Below are positions 39,825 to 50,757 of a DNA stretch of 64,000 nt, in pieces. Where the stretch lies: positions 20,827-84,826 of IMG/VR virus record IMGVR_UViG_3300044691_000371; one strand, 5' to 3'. Position numbers and translations under genes: made by a program. This stretch comes from a virus. Position 1 is the first letter of the stretch, and each line of letters begins with the position of its first letter. The notes beneath the pieces are model-generated. The model worked only from the letters and a program-made list of their open reading frames with translations. It was not told the origin of the DNA and did not search any database.

Positions 39825-40469
39825 TTAATCTAAATGAAGTGTTTTAATGAACTGATTTAATATTCTATTTCCGCTTTCATCTAAATGCGGATGCAATGCT
39901 CTACTTAATTCAAATATTCTGTTTTGTAAATTTGTAGTTTTGAAATAGTATTTACTAAGCAATGTTGAGGTTTTATCGTTTTTTAATTTATGTAAAAAAG
40001 GTGCTTTTTTTGTTTCAATTACTTCGTTCCCATCAATATAAAGTAAACCGGCGTAAAATGGCATTTCATCTATTTTTAATAGATCTTTGGGGCAAGCGTA
40101 GTAAAATTTATTGGGTAAACATTTGCAAATATTCTTAAAATAAATAGACGAACTATCCCCTAATCCAAAATTATATGTTTCAGGATTGTAAATCCCACCA
40201 TTGCGAATATAGGGCCTAAATGGATATTTTTCTAAAATGTATTCTTTTTTGTGATTTGTAAATAAATGATGTTTATCTGTTTTTTTAAAATCAGCTAAAA
40301 AATCAGAACGACTTATTTTAACCTCAACTTCTACAGCATAATTACTCGTGGAAACGGCAAAAAAATCACATTCCCAATTATACATGTAAGCATTAAATAA
40401 CTTATAGTCGTAATTATGAAAGTGCCGCCTTACTGCCTTTAATATGTCAATACTTTTAATTTCTGACAT
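39825..40469 (-). CDS. PD-(D/E)XK (MmcB-like) nuclease-fold protein
   Basis: ECDFFAV...EVEVKISRSDFLADFKK and NKFYYACP motifs. Confidence 0.7.
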   Translation of the reverse strand: MSEIKSIDILKAVRRHFHNYDYKLFNAYMYNWECDFFAVSTSNYAVEVEVKISRSDFLADFKKTDKHHLFTNHKKEYILEKYPFRPYIRNGGIYNPETYNFGLGDSSSIYFKNICKCLPNKFYYACPKDLLKIDEMPFYAGLLYIDGNEVIETKKAPFLHKLKNDKTSTLLSKYYFKTTNLQNRIFELSRALHPHLDESGNRILNQFIKTLHLD

Positions 40470-41394
40470 ATTATTGAGTTACTTTTTGCTTGCTGTAAAG
40501 TTTAGTTAATAGTTCGTCTGCCCATTGAAGTGCTAAATCAGTTCCTTCGCTGCTGTTGTGTAGATTACCTGTAGGTGCGTTCTGAATTAATCCTTGCATT
40601 GCTAACCCGGCTAAATAAAGCCTGTCTTTGTGCCTTTGATCTTCTTTTTCAAAAAGGTTTGTTTCTTTCAAAGGCATTTTAAACCCATTAGGCGAACGAT
40701 CTTGTTTGACAGCCTTCAGGTATTCAAGTATTTCGTTCTGCTGTTCTAAAGCCTTAGTGAAGCCATCTAAAGGTAAGTTTGGTTGCACTGTCTTTTTGCT
40801 TCGCTCTAAGATGTAATTCAACACTGTCAATATTAAGTTTTTATCGACCTGGAATGAAAGCCAATGCCACTTTTTATCTGTTTCAAGGTCAATTATTTTT
40901 AGATCGATTAATGCTTTTTTGATATACTTATTGATCTGAAATTCTTTTATCAGTTCATCGATTGTTAGTTCGCATCCGTCCGAATTTGTAATAAGTGACT
41001 TTAAAAAGTCCTCGTATTTGTCAAGTACTTTCAGCAAAGGTTTTTTCTCGCGTGTCATGTGTGTGATTATTTTAAATTATTTTATTCGCTTTAATGGCCT
41101 TATAGTTTCCTTTATTTGACCTGCTTTTTTCAATATCAAATAATCACTGCAAACTATCATTCCATTTATCTTGTAGATATTATTTGATCTGCAAATTAGG
41201 CAAACTTCTTTTAGTTGAGTAAATAAATGATTGGTCATCGATTCCATTATTCAGCCTCTCTTTTACAATAATGACATATTTGATATTCAAAATCTATTTC
41301 ATCGTATTCTCTACCACAATGAGGGCAAAATTGGTATCCTTCTTCGTCAAAGTCATCAAAGGATGGGTCTTCTGGTTGATTATTTTTCATAATT

Positions 41395-41871
41395 TTAAAA
41401 TGCTAATGCTCGTGGTTTAATAAAAGGCTTTATCTGCCATAGGAACGATTCCTTATCCTTAAATGCAAATGATATACCGCCTGCTGCTTTAATGTCCTTA
41501 ATGCGTTTTATTTGTTCATCTGATAGTTCATCTTTCCCGCTTTTTACCTCAAGTTCGGTATGAATCCCGTCATTTCTAAAACCACTTATATCAAGAATAG
41601 TATTTTTTATATTATTCTTTTTATAATTGATATTAACTTCTTCATATTTTATAACTAATGGCTTTCCGGTCGCGTCAAATGCATTAATTACTATTGGCTT
41701 TCGTGTAATCCTTTGAGATGGAAAATTGTTGCTCCTATGGCATATAAATCCGTTTGCATTTAAATAATCAATGCATTCAGAAGTCAAATCGGCTGTAACT
41801 TTTTTGCTCTTTCTAAGCTTTTCGTTTCGGCTTAATTGCTTTGGTGTTTTAAATAGAGTTGACTGTTCCAT
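41395..41871 (-). CDS. VRR-NUC-like nuclease / resolvase
   Basis: DISG...ELEVKSGKDELSDEQ...IKAAGG. Confidence 0.75.
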   Translation of the reverse strand: MEQSTLFKTPKQLSRNEKLRKSKKVTADLTSECIDYLNANGFICHRSNNFPSQRITRKPIVINAFDATGKPLVIKYEEVNINYKKNNIKNTILDISGFRNDGIHTELEVKSGKDELSDEQIKRIKDIKAAGGISFAFKDKESFLWQIKPFIKPRALAF

Positions 41872-43414
41872 TCATTTTAATTGCTTTAAAAGTTCTTCTA
41901 TTCCTCTACCTGCTTTAATAGATTTCCCATTGAAATATCCTGTAAACGGATAGATAGTATTTTTTTTGCCTTTGAAATTGAAAACTATCTTTTTATCAGT
42001 CGTTTCTAAAATATCAACGTCCGTCAAGGTTGTTAATCGTTCATGGGCATAAGCCATTCTTTTTGGCTCTAATTCTTTCTGCCTTTCAATATTTAATCGC
42101 ATGTTAATTTACTTTTAAAAATCTATTTGTCATGTTATCAATAGTCGCAAAAAGCTTGATTTCTTCTGATTGTAAATATTCGTTATAATCAGCTTCTAAA
42201 TCATTTTGATAATCTCTTTGCATTTGTTCATAATGCTTTTTTTCTTCTTCTCTATGGAAATTATCAATAGCATCGTAAACATTCATTTGATAGGTTATTT
42301 CAGCACATTCAATAGGATTGAAACAATCGCGTCCTATTATTCCTCCGCATGATGGGCATGTTCTCATTATCCGTAAATCTCCTTTATACGTTTTATGATT
42401 ACTTCTAAATGATGCTTACTTCCTGGTCCTCGTCCGTTTTTAGCCATATCATTAAAGCATTTGTATTCTAAAAACATTGATTGTAATTCTGCAAGATCAG
42501 GCGGTATAACTTTTTCACGTTCTTTCTGAATAGCCCCTTCAACATACCTGTTTGTTATCATTAAGAAGTTATCGCAAAGCTTTTCATTAAGAACGTCTTT
42601 TAATCCTTCGCAAGCGCCTGAAAACTTTTCGTAATCTGAAAGTTCTTCATAGTCTTTAGTTTTTTTCATTTGAAAAGGTCATTAAAAATATTAAATCCGT
42701 TACCTCTAAAATATTTACAAACTGAACTTAATAGCCTGTCTTTAGGTTCTCCATTTCCACATTTCCAACGGCTATATTCGTCGTAAGTGTCCATTATGAT
42801 TGTGCCTTTAAACCTTACATCAAAAAGAACTGAATACATATAGTCTTTCCCAAAATAGATAGGAAACGTTTTAAAGGTCATTTTTGCGTACGTTTCGCTA
42901 TCGATCAAAATATTTTCATCGCTTTCCATGTCCCGGTAGATTTCCAGTACAAACAAATTTGCTTCCGTATCTTTTTCGCCGATCATTTGAATAAGCCAAT
43001 TTTTAGCTAATTCATTGTCTTCTAAACTTTCGGAATAGTAAAGTTCTTTTATCTTTTTGAAACTATTAGCTTTCGCTTGGTCGGTTGTCTTTTCGGCTAA
43101 TTCCATAAAGTTTAACTGTTAAATAAGTGCATAAAATCAGGATGCGGTATTGGCCTGTGTTTCGGGTAAACAATCATTTTATATGCCGCAACTCTTTCAG
43201 ATAAATATAATGGCTTATAACACGGTTCAGCGGGTTTAATAGTTACTACCGCGTCTTCATACGGTGTAGCATTAGGCCAATAAACATGCGGTTCAATATC
43301 TTCCGTTTCAAATCCTAACATACATCTCATATTCCCGTTGCCGTTAAATTGTAGAAATTGACAACGTGAACACGATTTAGGCCTTTTCCATTTTAATTCT
43401 ACTTCCCTATGCAT

Positions 43415-43528
43415 AAAAATAAAAAAGCCTTGTTAAGCTTTTCGGAGGTTGCGCCAATCCGAATAAGCCACAAGGCTAAAAATGTTTTTTACAAAAGTAC
43501 TATTACTTGGGCGCAAACCTAATAGCAA
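43415..43528 (-). promoter_or_regulatory. Structured cis-regulatory RNA (attenuator-like, loop-loop complementary)
   Basis: Long hairpin AGCCTTGT...ACAAGGCT plus U tract; its loop TTGGCGCAACCT is complementary to upstream AGGTTTGCGCCCAA. Confidence 0.55.
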
Positions 43529-44118
43529 TTTGTTATGTAAATTTACATAGCTAAACGAAGCTGCGGGTTGTCACTCTTATATTTTAGCCATTCATCAGCT
43601 TCGAGCAAAAGAGTATCTAAATGCTCATCTGCCAGGTTTAACAAAGCATAATTAAAACCGCCATCAATAGTTAAGAAATTTATTACAGGACATTTCCAAC
43701 GCGAAATTTTATCATCTGCATTAGTTAATTCGCCTATTATTTGAAATCCTGTCTGATCATCTTTCGTCGTGATTATAACACCTATTACATTAACGTCCAT
43801 AAATGCCGGATGTGTCTCATACAGATGGTTATCAAACCAATCTTTATCAATCAATTTACCAGTTATATCATCTGGCTTAACAAATGCAAAAGATTGTAAA
43901 ATAAAGTGAGTTTTAAATTTATCACGCGCTCTTTCAAAGTCAGCGTGACGGCCTAAATCTGACTTGAAGATGGGTTGCTCCTTTACTACTTCATTTTGGC
44001 CTTGTGGCTGAAATGTTTGTGAAAAGTGAATTATTGTTCTTTCGCCTTTAAAATAAATGGCTGAAATTGTTTTTTTGATTTTGCTCGAATCCATGATGGC
44101 TTTTTATTTTTTGTAAAC

Positions 44119-44562
44119 TTAAATAACTTTTTTTAGAAATTTTAATTGAAGTTCTTTTAGATTATATTTTGGATTGGTAGTATAGACGATTGTGTTTTTA
44201 TTGTCCATTAAATTAACTGCAATCTTTTCTTTTAATCCTAAATCCCTATTTTTAAAAACTCGCTTTTTCGGGTCACTTGCGTTTTTATTATTATCAGCCT
44301 TTCTTTCTTTTTTGGCTGATTTAACTTTTTCAGGCTTTATTTTCACTTCTTTTTTGGGTGTAGTAACTATAACAAATGTTTCTTTGGTTTTTACTTTTGC
44401 TTTAGCCTTTTTAGCCCTTGATAGTTCAACCCTTGTTTTAGCGTTTATTTTATCTTGAGGGTTTAAATGGTATCGCACAGTTAATCGTGAACACCCTAAT
44501 GCGTTGGCTATCTGATTGTAGTTTAAGCCCTGATTATGTAAGGCTAATATTTGTTCGCCCAT
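44119..44562 (-). CDS. HTH-domain basic protein
   Basis: GLNYNQIANALGCSRLTVRYHL helix-turn-helix. Confidence 0.65.
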   Translation of the reverse strand: MGEQILALHNQGLNYNQIANALGCSRLTVRYHLNPQDKINAKTRVELSRAKKAKAKVKTKETFVIVTTPKKEVKIKPEKVKSAKKERKADNNKNASDPKKRVFKNRDLGLKEKIAVNLMDNKNTIVYTTNPKYNLKELQLKFLKKVI

Positions 44563-44564
44563 GC

Positions 44565-45848
44565 TTACTTTGTTTCGTCAATAAGTTCGTAACGTAAATC
44601 TCCACAATCCCAGTCAACGCGTTCTATTAAGAGCTGAATTGGCTCTCCAAAACGTTTAGTTCCTTCATCTATAGCCCACTTTTCTACTTCTGCCAAAGAG
44701 TTACGATCTAACATTGAGCAATCGAAGTACAAAGTCTTAACCTCTCCCAAATTAATTGCTGCCAATTTTAAAGCCGCTATGTAAATGCTCGAAGATGATA
44801 ACTGCTCTTTTGTGATAGGCAGCCCGTTAAATAAAATCTGATCGTCTCCAAACTCAAATCCTTCCGGCAAATTCGATTTTTTAATCATTTCAACTTTTTC
44901 AAGTTCAATCGCCTTTACTTTTTTGTCTGCCTCTTTTGCTTTTATGTCAAGCTGTAAAAGGTCTTCTTTAGCCTTGATTGCCTCGTTGTTTTTCTTGATC
45001 TTTTCGTTTTTGTCTTTCGCGTCCTGTAGCTTTTTATTTAGCAATTCGGCAACCTCTTTATCCTTTGGCTTGTTTGCGGCTGTTGATAGCCATTCTTCGC
45101 CCTGTAGAACGCGTTTCTCTAATGTTTTAAGGCTTTCCTTAGCTGTTTTTAAAAGTGTCTCTAATCGCTTTATTTCGGTCTCCTGGGCGGTGACTTGTTT
45201 TTTAAGTTCGGTTACCCCTTTATCAGATGTTTCGTACTTGTGGTTATGTAATTCGATACCCGAAATTTCCATTTGGATAGGTTCAATGTCAATTTCTTTT
45301 ACTGGCAATGATGGATCAATAGGTTTCGGATTAGCCTTTGCATCTTTTAGTTTGCTATTGGCTAATGTCCGGTCTTCGTAAACTATTTTATAACGGTCGT
45401 TAATTTCCGAAAAGTCAAGGCCGGTAACATCTTCCAGTATCTTTTTTTGCTTTTTTGGTTGAGCGTGTAGGAACTCGTCAATGTCAAAACTTGGAGGGAA
45501 AAATCGTCTTGCTATTTCATCAGTAAGCGACATTTTTAATTCTTTGCCTCCCTGGTCTTTGGTTACAAAGATTAATCGTTCGCCTTTCGCCGTTTTGTTA
45601 TTGAACTCCCAAATTAGCTGTTCGCCAGTTGTTAGAGTTAATTCCTGCATTCCTTCTGCTGTTCCTGTTTTCAGGATAACATCAGGCTTAACATTGTTTA
45701 ATCTGTCTATAAGGCTTCGTAAAAAACTTGATTTGCCGGAGTTGTTCGCACCGGTGATTATGCAAGTTTGGCCTGTGGTTCCAAAGTCTGCTTCGAACTC
45801 CGATAAAGCCTTCAAATTAACAACTCGGTTTTTCTGGATTTTTGACAT
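44565..45848 (-). CDS. SMC/Rad50-like AAA ATPase with coiled coil
   Basis: Walker A GANNSGKSS, long coiled coil, LSSS signature and LYFD Walker B-like motif. Confidence 0.8.
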   Translation of the reverse strand: MSKIQKNRVVNLKALSEFEADFGTTGQTCIITGANNSGKSSFLRSLIDRLNNVKPDVILKTGTAEGMQELTLTTGEQLIWEFNNKTAKGERLIFVTKDQGGKELKMSLTDEIARRFFPPSFDIDEFLHAQPKKQKKILEDVTGLDFSEINDRYKIVYEDRTLANSKLKDAKANPKPIDPSLPVKEIDIEPIQMEISGIELHNHKYETSDKGVTELKKQVTAQETEIKRLETLLKTAKESLKTLEKRVLQGEEWLSTAANKPKDKEVAELLNKKLQDAKDKNEKIKKNNEAIKAKEDLLQLDIKAKEADKKVKAIELEKVEMIKKSNLPEGFEFGDDQILFNGLPITKEQLSSSSIYIAALKLAAINLGEVKTLYFDCSMLDRNSLAEVEKWAIDEGTKRFGEPIQLLIERVDWDCGDLRYELIDETK

Positions 45849-45879
45849 TGTGTTTTATTGTTTTAAATAATGTGTGATT

Positions 45880-46551
45880 TTAATTATTTGCATTAGCTTC
45901 AATTTCAGCACAACGTTTTATGTCTTCTAACGCTATTTCATTTGTTTCATAAAACCTTGTTGGGCTAACTCTGATATTCTGATTGGATGCGTGATAAATT
46001 TGCATTGCGGCAAATACAGATGAAGTTTTTCTTTCTAAATCGTATCCAACTTCACCTGCTAAATGAACAACCCATCCAGCCCTACAATGGGTTGTGTCGC
46101 ATGTGTGCCAATCAGTCATATCAAAAGCATTTGGCGTTGATGTAACGGCTTCTAAAATTCGTGAATGAATATTTTCTATAACAGGAACTATAAATCCAGC
46201 TTCGCTGATTGTTTCTAATCTTTCATTATTAATGTCTCTTTTGAAATAACAGCCGGAACAGCCGGAACAGCCGGAACAGCCGGAACAGTCGGAACAGTCG
46301 GAACAGCGGGAACAGCCGGAACAGCGGGAACAGTCGGAACAGCCGGAACAGTCGGAACAGTCGGAACAGTCGGAACAGCGGGAACAGCCGGAACAGTCGG
46401 AACAGCCGGAACAGTTCCAACATGCTTTGTTTTTCAAATTCTGTTCTTCGTAATCCGCATATAACTCGGCAAATTCAGGTGCTACCCCGTTGATTTCTTT
46501 ATCTATTCTTGATAAAAATTCGCTATAGGTTTTAAATATTTCAGTTTCCAT
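45880..46551 (-). CDS. Cys-Ser-x repeat protein
   Basis: 18 tandem CS[G/D/R] units; C-terminal WH.CDTTHCRAGW domain. Confidence 0.75.
   Translation of the reverse strand: METEIFKTYSEFLSRIDKEINGVAPEFAELYADYEEQNLKNKACWNCSGCSDCSGCSRCSDCSDCSDCSGCSDCSRCSGCSRCSDCSDCSGCSGCSGCSGCYFKRDINNERLETISEAGFIVPVIENIHSRILEAVTSTPNAFDMTDWHTCDTTHCRAGWVVHLAGEVGYDLERKTSSVFAAMQIYHASNQNIRVSPTRFYETNEIALEDIKRCAEIEANANN
46252..46413. repeat. 18 x 9-bp tandem repeat (TGTTCC[GG/GA/CG]C on the - strand)
   Basis: Units gccggaaca / gtcggaaca / gcgggaaca read directly. Confidence 0.95.
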
Positions 46552-47421
46552 TATTTTATTTGGTTTTTAAAGTGTGATTTTATTTTTTATAAATCCCGGC
46601 TTACTTCATGTCGCCTTTGCTGTAACTCGTTGATTTGGTCGCGTATGTCCTCTATCCGATCTTCTAACATGAAGATTTGGTTTTCGATTTGCTCAATTTC
46701 CATTTCAGCATTCCGGCGTAAGGTTTCCCTTTCCTGTTCGGCGTAGGTTTGTTCTCTATCCCATTCCGAACGCATGTAATCATCATAGCTTTGTTTCATG
46801 GCTTTTATTTTTTATAAATAGTGAGCATTCATTCCTATAGTTGTACTTCCTACGTTATGGTCTGGTTACATCCGTGCTCCGGAGTCGCATTCCAATATAT
46901 ACGCTCACTATTTTAATCTTTGTTGTATTTATCGTGGTCTTGAATTTTACCTACAATTTCATTATAAAGTGCTTCAGTCTGTTGCCTATTTAAAGGATTA
47001 TGAATTGAACCGTCACCGTAGATTAAATGAAATGGCATTATCTGACCTTGTTTTTTAAAAATAGCGTTTATGTATTCGGCTGAATATTCTAAAGCAGCGT
47101 CCATTTCTGTTTTACTTAATGAAATTGGCCGTTGCCTTATTCCTGTCGGATATATCGAAGCATTTAATTCACGCAATACCTTTTTGTCTTGTCTGCTAAA
47201 TAATTTTAGTCGTGCCATTTTTAATTCTTTAAATAAGTTTCCATTTCTTCAATCAATTCAGTTGGTAAAGTATAATTTGACGTAGTGTGAAATTGATCGC
47301 AAAATATAAATGCCTCTGTAATTCCGTACTCTTTGATTTGTTTTGAGAACTTATGTATTAACCTAGTGTCTATTTGCTTTTTCATCTTGATACGTTTTTA
47401 AGTTTGTCTTAATTGACAATT

Positions 47422-47452
47422 CAAAGATAACTATTGTTTTCGTATTTGCAAA
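47422..47452 (-). promoter_or_regulatory. Repeated phage promoter copy (part of an ~80-bp repeat shared with 4414-4490)
   Basis: AAAGTTTGCAAATACGAAAAC, 19-nt spacer, TATCTTTG, then leader TGTCAATTAAGACAA. Confidence 0.75.
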
Positions 47453-48035
47453 CTTTATTTGAAATTATTCATCAAACCAATCATAATTATGCTTTACATA
47501 CTCTTTTATTTCGCTTTCGCGTTTGCTATCAAAAAAGGTATCAAGAGTGATTAATTCGGCTATATCTGTGTTAGTAAAGAAAAGTTCAGGGTAATTATCC
47601 TTTAAAAAATCAAGTGTGCTTTCGGCTCCAAACTCGCCTATAAATCTTCCTATACCTATTGCTTGAAAGTTTTCACTTGATAATAGGTCTTTTTCTTCAA
47701 CCCCTGAAAGATAAACGTTAATGTAACCGCTGCTTCGTGTTGTTGAAATTTGCGCGTCTTGTGCGTCTATGTTTAAATCCATTGTTTGAGTTATTTAATT
47801 CGTTCACAATTTTCTGGTATCCCCACATATTCAAGTTCAAAAAGTAAATCTTTGGGGTCTTCAATTAAATCAGGTCTATCGGTTGCCCATAATCCTAAAG
47901 TCCATGATAGGTTGTACTGCATTGTTTTGTAATGCTTTTGAATATCGGTCATCGAGGCTAATTCGGTTTCTTCACCGTCTTTATAGTATAGCTTTCCGTC
48001 TTCGCCTTGGATTAGCATTGTGTTGTGGTCTATCT

Positions 48036-48734
48036 TCATGATGCTTTTTTAATTGAGTTGAACAATTCAATATTTTTGTTAATCATATATTCAAATCGCT
48101 CTGTTAAAACTTCGGTTGCAAGTTCAACCCTTTGATCTATTTCTTTTATCATTGCTTCATCCCGGTAAATTCTTATAATTTTCATTTGCAATAATTCAAT
48201 TTTTGGACGTGGATTAAAACTTACAAAATCACACCATTCTTTTTGAGTTACAAAAAGGTTTGATTGAATTTGAGTATAATATTTTTTGTAAAACTTTTTG
48301 AATTGATCGGCACTTTCTAAATCCATTAAAGCCATGTGGTTTGAACCAACATAAGGACATTTTATTTCAATTATGCCATCCGCATTTACTTTCCCATCTG
48401 GACTGCCTCCGAATGATTCACTATAGGTTTCAAAGCCGCAAAGATCAACCTTATATCCTTTTATTATTTGATATAAACCTATTGCCTCTGGTTCATTGGC
48501 TAAACCCCAATCCGTGGCGTCATTACCTTTAAATCCATTTTCTTCAATTATACCTGTTGCCCATTCATCTAACTTTTCATAGATATACGTCCAGGCTCCA
48601 TCTCCGAATGGCTCTCCGGCTGTTTTTGATGTAACTAACAGACAATTAACTTTTGATGATGTGAACTTTCTAAATCGTTCTGCATGCCATTCTGCACTTC
48701 CTTGCGGATGAAATGATCTATCTATATTTTCCAT
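48036..48734 (-). CDS. YqaJ / lambda-exonuclease family recombination nuclease
   Basis: QGSAEWHAER...TSS, WG..NEPEA, GSPDG, EIKCP, YYTQIQ and WCDFVSF motifs. Confidence 0.9.
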   Translation of the reverse strand: MENIDRSFHPQGSAEWHAERFRKFTSSKVNCLLVTSKTAGEPFGDGAWTYIYEKLDEWATGIIEENGFKGNDATDWGLANEPEAIGLYQIIKGYKVDLCGFETYSESFGGSPDGKVNADGIIEIKCPYVGSNHMALMDLESADQFKKFYKKYYTQIQSNLFVTQKEWCDFVSFNPRPKIELLQMKIIRIYRDEAMIKEIDQRVELATEVLTERFEYMINKNIELFNSIKKAS

Positions 48735-49339
48735 TATTTTTTTGATAAATAGTCATTCATTATTTCTGTTGTGATTTTCCCAGCTGCAATCAAGGTCAAT
48801 AAGTCACGTTTTGTATATTTTTTTTCTTCATCAAAAATAAATGCCTCTTTTTCATCGTAGGTACTTTTATGTTTTCCATTTGGTGTTTTTTCAAGATCAC
48901 GGTTTAGATTGCTTCCAAAGGCAACCCCGATTCTTTGCGCGCCTTTTAAAATTGCTTTACTATAGCAAATTGCATCTGCCATACTTTCATCTTTTGCTTT
49001 GACTACTGTATGGGTATCGGCATATTTTCCTTGCGTAATTGTTTCAAGGCAAACGGCTGCACTCCCATCATAATGAAACCATTCTTTTTTCACTGGATGC
49101 CAAACTTTTATCCGTATGTCTTTTTGAAGTGAAGACGCTAATAATTGCGTTCTTAAAATTTCAAACTGTACATACCCCTCATAAAAGTTTCTTAAATTAT
49201 CTTCGACAAAGGCAATCGGTAAGCTTTGATAACCGTCTTCATTTGTGTAAATTATTGATGGGTCTGGTTCCTGGTTTAAAAGAATATTAAATTCTTCATT
49301 TGTCATTTCTGACGGCTTTTTAGTTAGATTTTCTATCAT
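48734..49339 (-). CDS. Sak/Rad52-like single-strand annealing protein
   Basis: Adjacent to the exonuclease; LPIAFVE..L, DG.AA and AILK.A..IG..FG..LNR pattern. Confidence 0.65.
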   Translation of the reverse strand: MIENLTKKPSEMTNEEFNILLNQEPDPSIIYTNEDGYQSLPIAFVEDNLRNFYEGYVQFEILRTQLLASSLQKDIRIKVWHPVKKEWFHYDGSAAVCLETITQGKYADTHTVVKAKDESMADAICYSKAILKGAQRIGVAFGSNLNRDLEKTPNGKHKSTYDEKEAFIFDEEKKYTKRDLLTLIAAGKITTEIMNDYLSKK

Positions 49340-49838
49340 GATTTATTTTTTATAATATTCAAATTTGCAAATTCTTTAAAATGTTTTTTAGCTACTTTAT
49401 TATAAGCTAATGAGTGCGTTTCATGTGGTTATCCTTTTTATTTTCGCGTATATTTTCGCTTAACTTTTACTTCTTTCTCTTTGGCTGGTCTACCTGCTTT
49501 GCCTTTTGACGGTGCAACTTGCAAATTTTCAACCTTATTTTTACTACCTTTTTCTTTGATGACAGTTGAACCATTTACAGAAGTCATTTTTAATTTTATC
49601 TGCTTTGGTTTTTCGTCTATCTCAAAAGGTAGTTTTTCAACTATGGGCTTTTTAATCGGTTCTGCTGAACTTTCTTTGCCTAAAGGTAGTATTTCATCAA
49701 AACTGAATCTCCACGTCCCTGAATCCTTTGAAATAGCTGTGACGCGCTTATGTTCCGTATCGATGCTTAAAATGTCACCTATGAATCCGTTTAGATTTCC
49801 TGGTTTAATACTTTTTATTGAATCTCCAATTTTCATGT

Positions 49839-50462
49839 TTAATCAAATTTATAGAATGCAAAAATACCTTCATCGGTCGGGTCTTGTTCAGCTATCTTTT
49901 TAGCTAATGTCATTAATGTACCATTGCAAGCCTTGAAACCTTTGTCAATGTATTTTGTAAGGCGTTTTAAACTATCAACTGGATGTGGCAATTCATTAAT
50001 AACTAATTTCATTTTTAATAAATCCATTGGTGCTGATACGTGATAATAAAACTTTTCAAAGTTGACAGCAAAGCAACAAACGGTAAAATCAAATTTTTCT
50101 ATGCAGTCTATAGGATTTTGAAATGGCTTTTTAACAATGTCAATATCAAATTTTTTATCATTTATTGTAATATAGCCTTTAATTGCATTCTTAGTAATTA
50201 GATAATGTTTGTATGAACGATTATTTCTAAGCCACCTTACTAAGTCTGCCATTGCTTTTCTATCTTCACAAAAAAAATCAATATCTGTGCGTTTAGATGC
50301 GTGAAACCAATCCCTAACTGAACCACCTGCAATCCATATTTTACGGTTTAAATCTTCATTCATGTGATTGAAATAATATGAACGAAAATGAGATATAACG
50401 TTTGTTGCTTGTGGCATTAAGGTTTGTCCCTCTTCTAATGAAATAACTTCAAATTTGTTCAT
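49839..50462 (-). CDS. Poly(A) polymerase / CCA-adding-enzyme head-domain nucleotidyltransferase
   Basis: WIAGGSVRD, TDIDFF, FDFTVCCFA and RLTKY..KGF motifs. Confidence 0.75.
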   Translation of the reverse strand: MNKFEVISLEEGQTLMPQATNVISHFRSYYFNHMNEDLNRKIWIAGGSVRDWFHASKRTDIDFFCEDRKAMADLVRWLRNNRSYKHYLITKNAIKGYITINDKKFDIDIVKKPFQNPIDCIEKFDFTVCCFAVNFEKFYYHVSAPMDLLKMKLVINELPHPVDSLKRLTKYIDKGFKACNGTLMTLAKKIAEQDPTDEGIFAFYKFD

Positions 50463-50757
50463 AAACTTTTTTTCTAAGATAACAAACTGGTATGCTTTCA
50501 ATAAAGCCTGATTTTTCATATCGGTGCGCTGGTGTGATTGCTTCTGCCTTTAAAAGCGTTTCGTACATTCCTTCGTTTTCGCTCCAATCTTTAATTGCAA
50601 TTTCTTCTTTTAAAAGTCCTGGCAAATTAACTGATGCTTTGGCAACTAAATTATCATATATCGGCAGGTCGGTTCCTATCAATTTTAATGCTACGTTCCC
50701 ATCTTGATACATTCCAGTTTCAAGCGAACAATTCCATTGTTTAAATTTTACTTCCAT
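50449..50757 (-). CDS. DUF4313-like hypothetical protein
   Basis: Y.DG.VAL.L...ASVNL...IKDWSEN...SGF pattern. Confidence 0.5.
   Translation of the reverse strand: MEVKFKQWNCSLETGMYQDGNVALKLIGTDLPIYDNLVAKASVNLPGLLKEEIAIKDWSENEGMYETLLKAEAITPAHRYEKSGFIESIPVCYLRKKVYEQI

Noticed and set aside
44923-45870. + strand ORFs antisense to long genes (e.g. 44923, 45481, 38248, 49481, 52828)
   Set aside because: Shadow ORFs with Phe/Leu/Ser-rich composition mirroring Lys/Glu-rich sense genes.
46229-46423. (LFR)n ORF
   Set aside because: Alternative frame of the 9-bp repeat; the Cys-Ser-x frame is embedded in a longer coherent gene.
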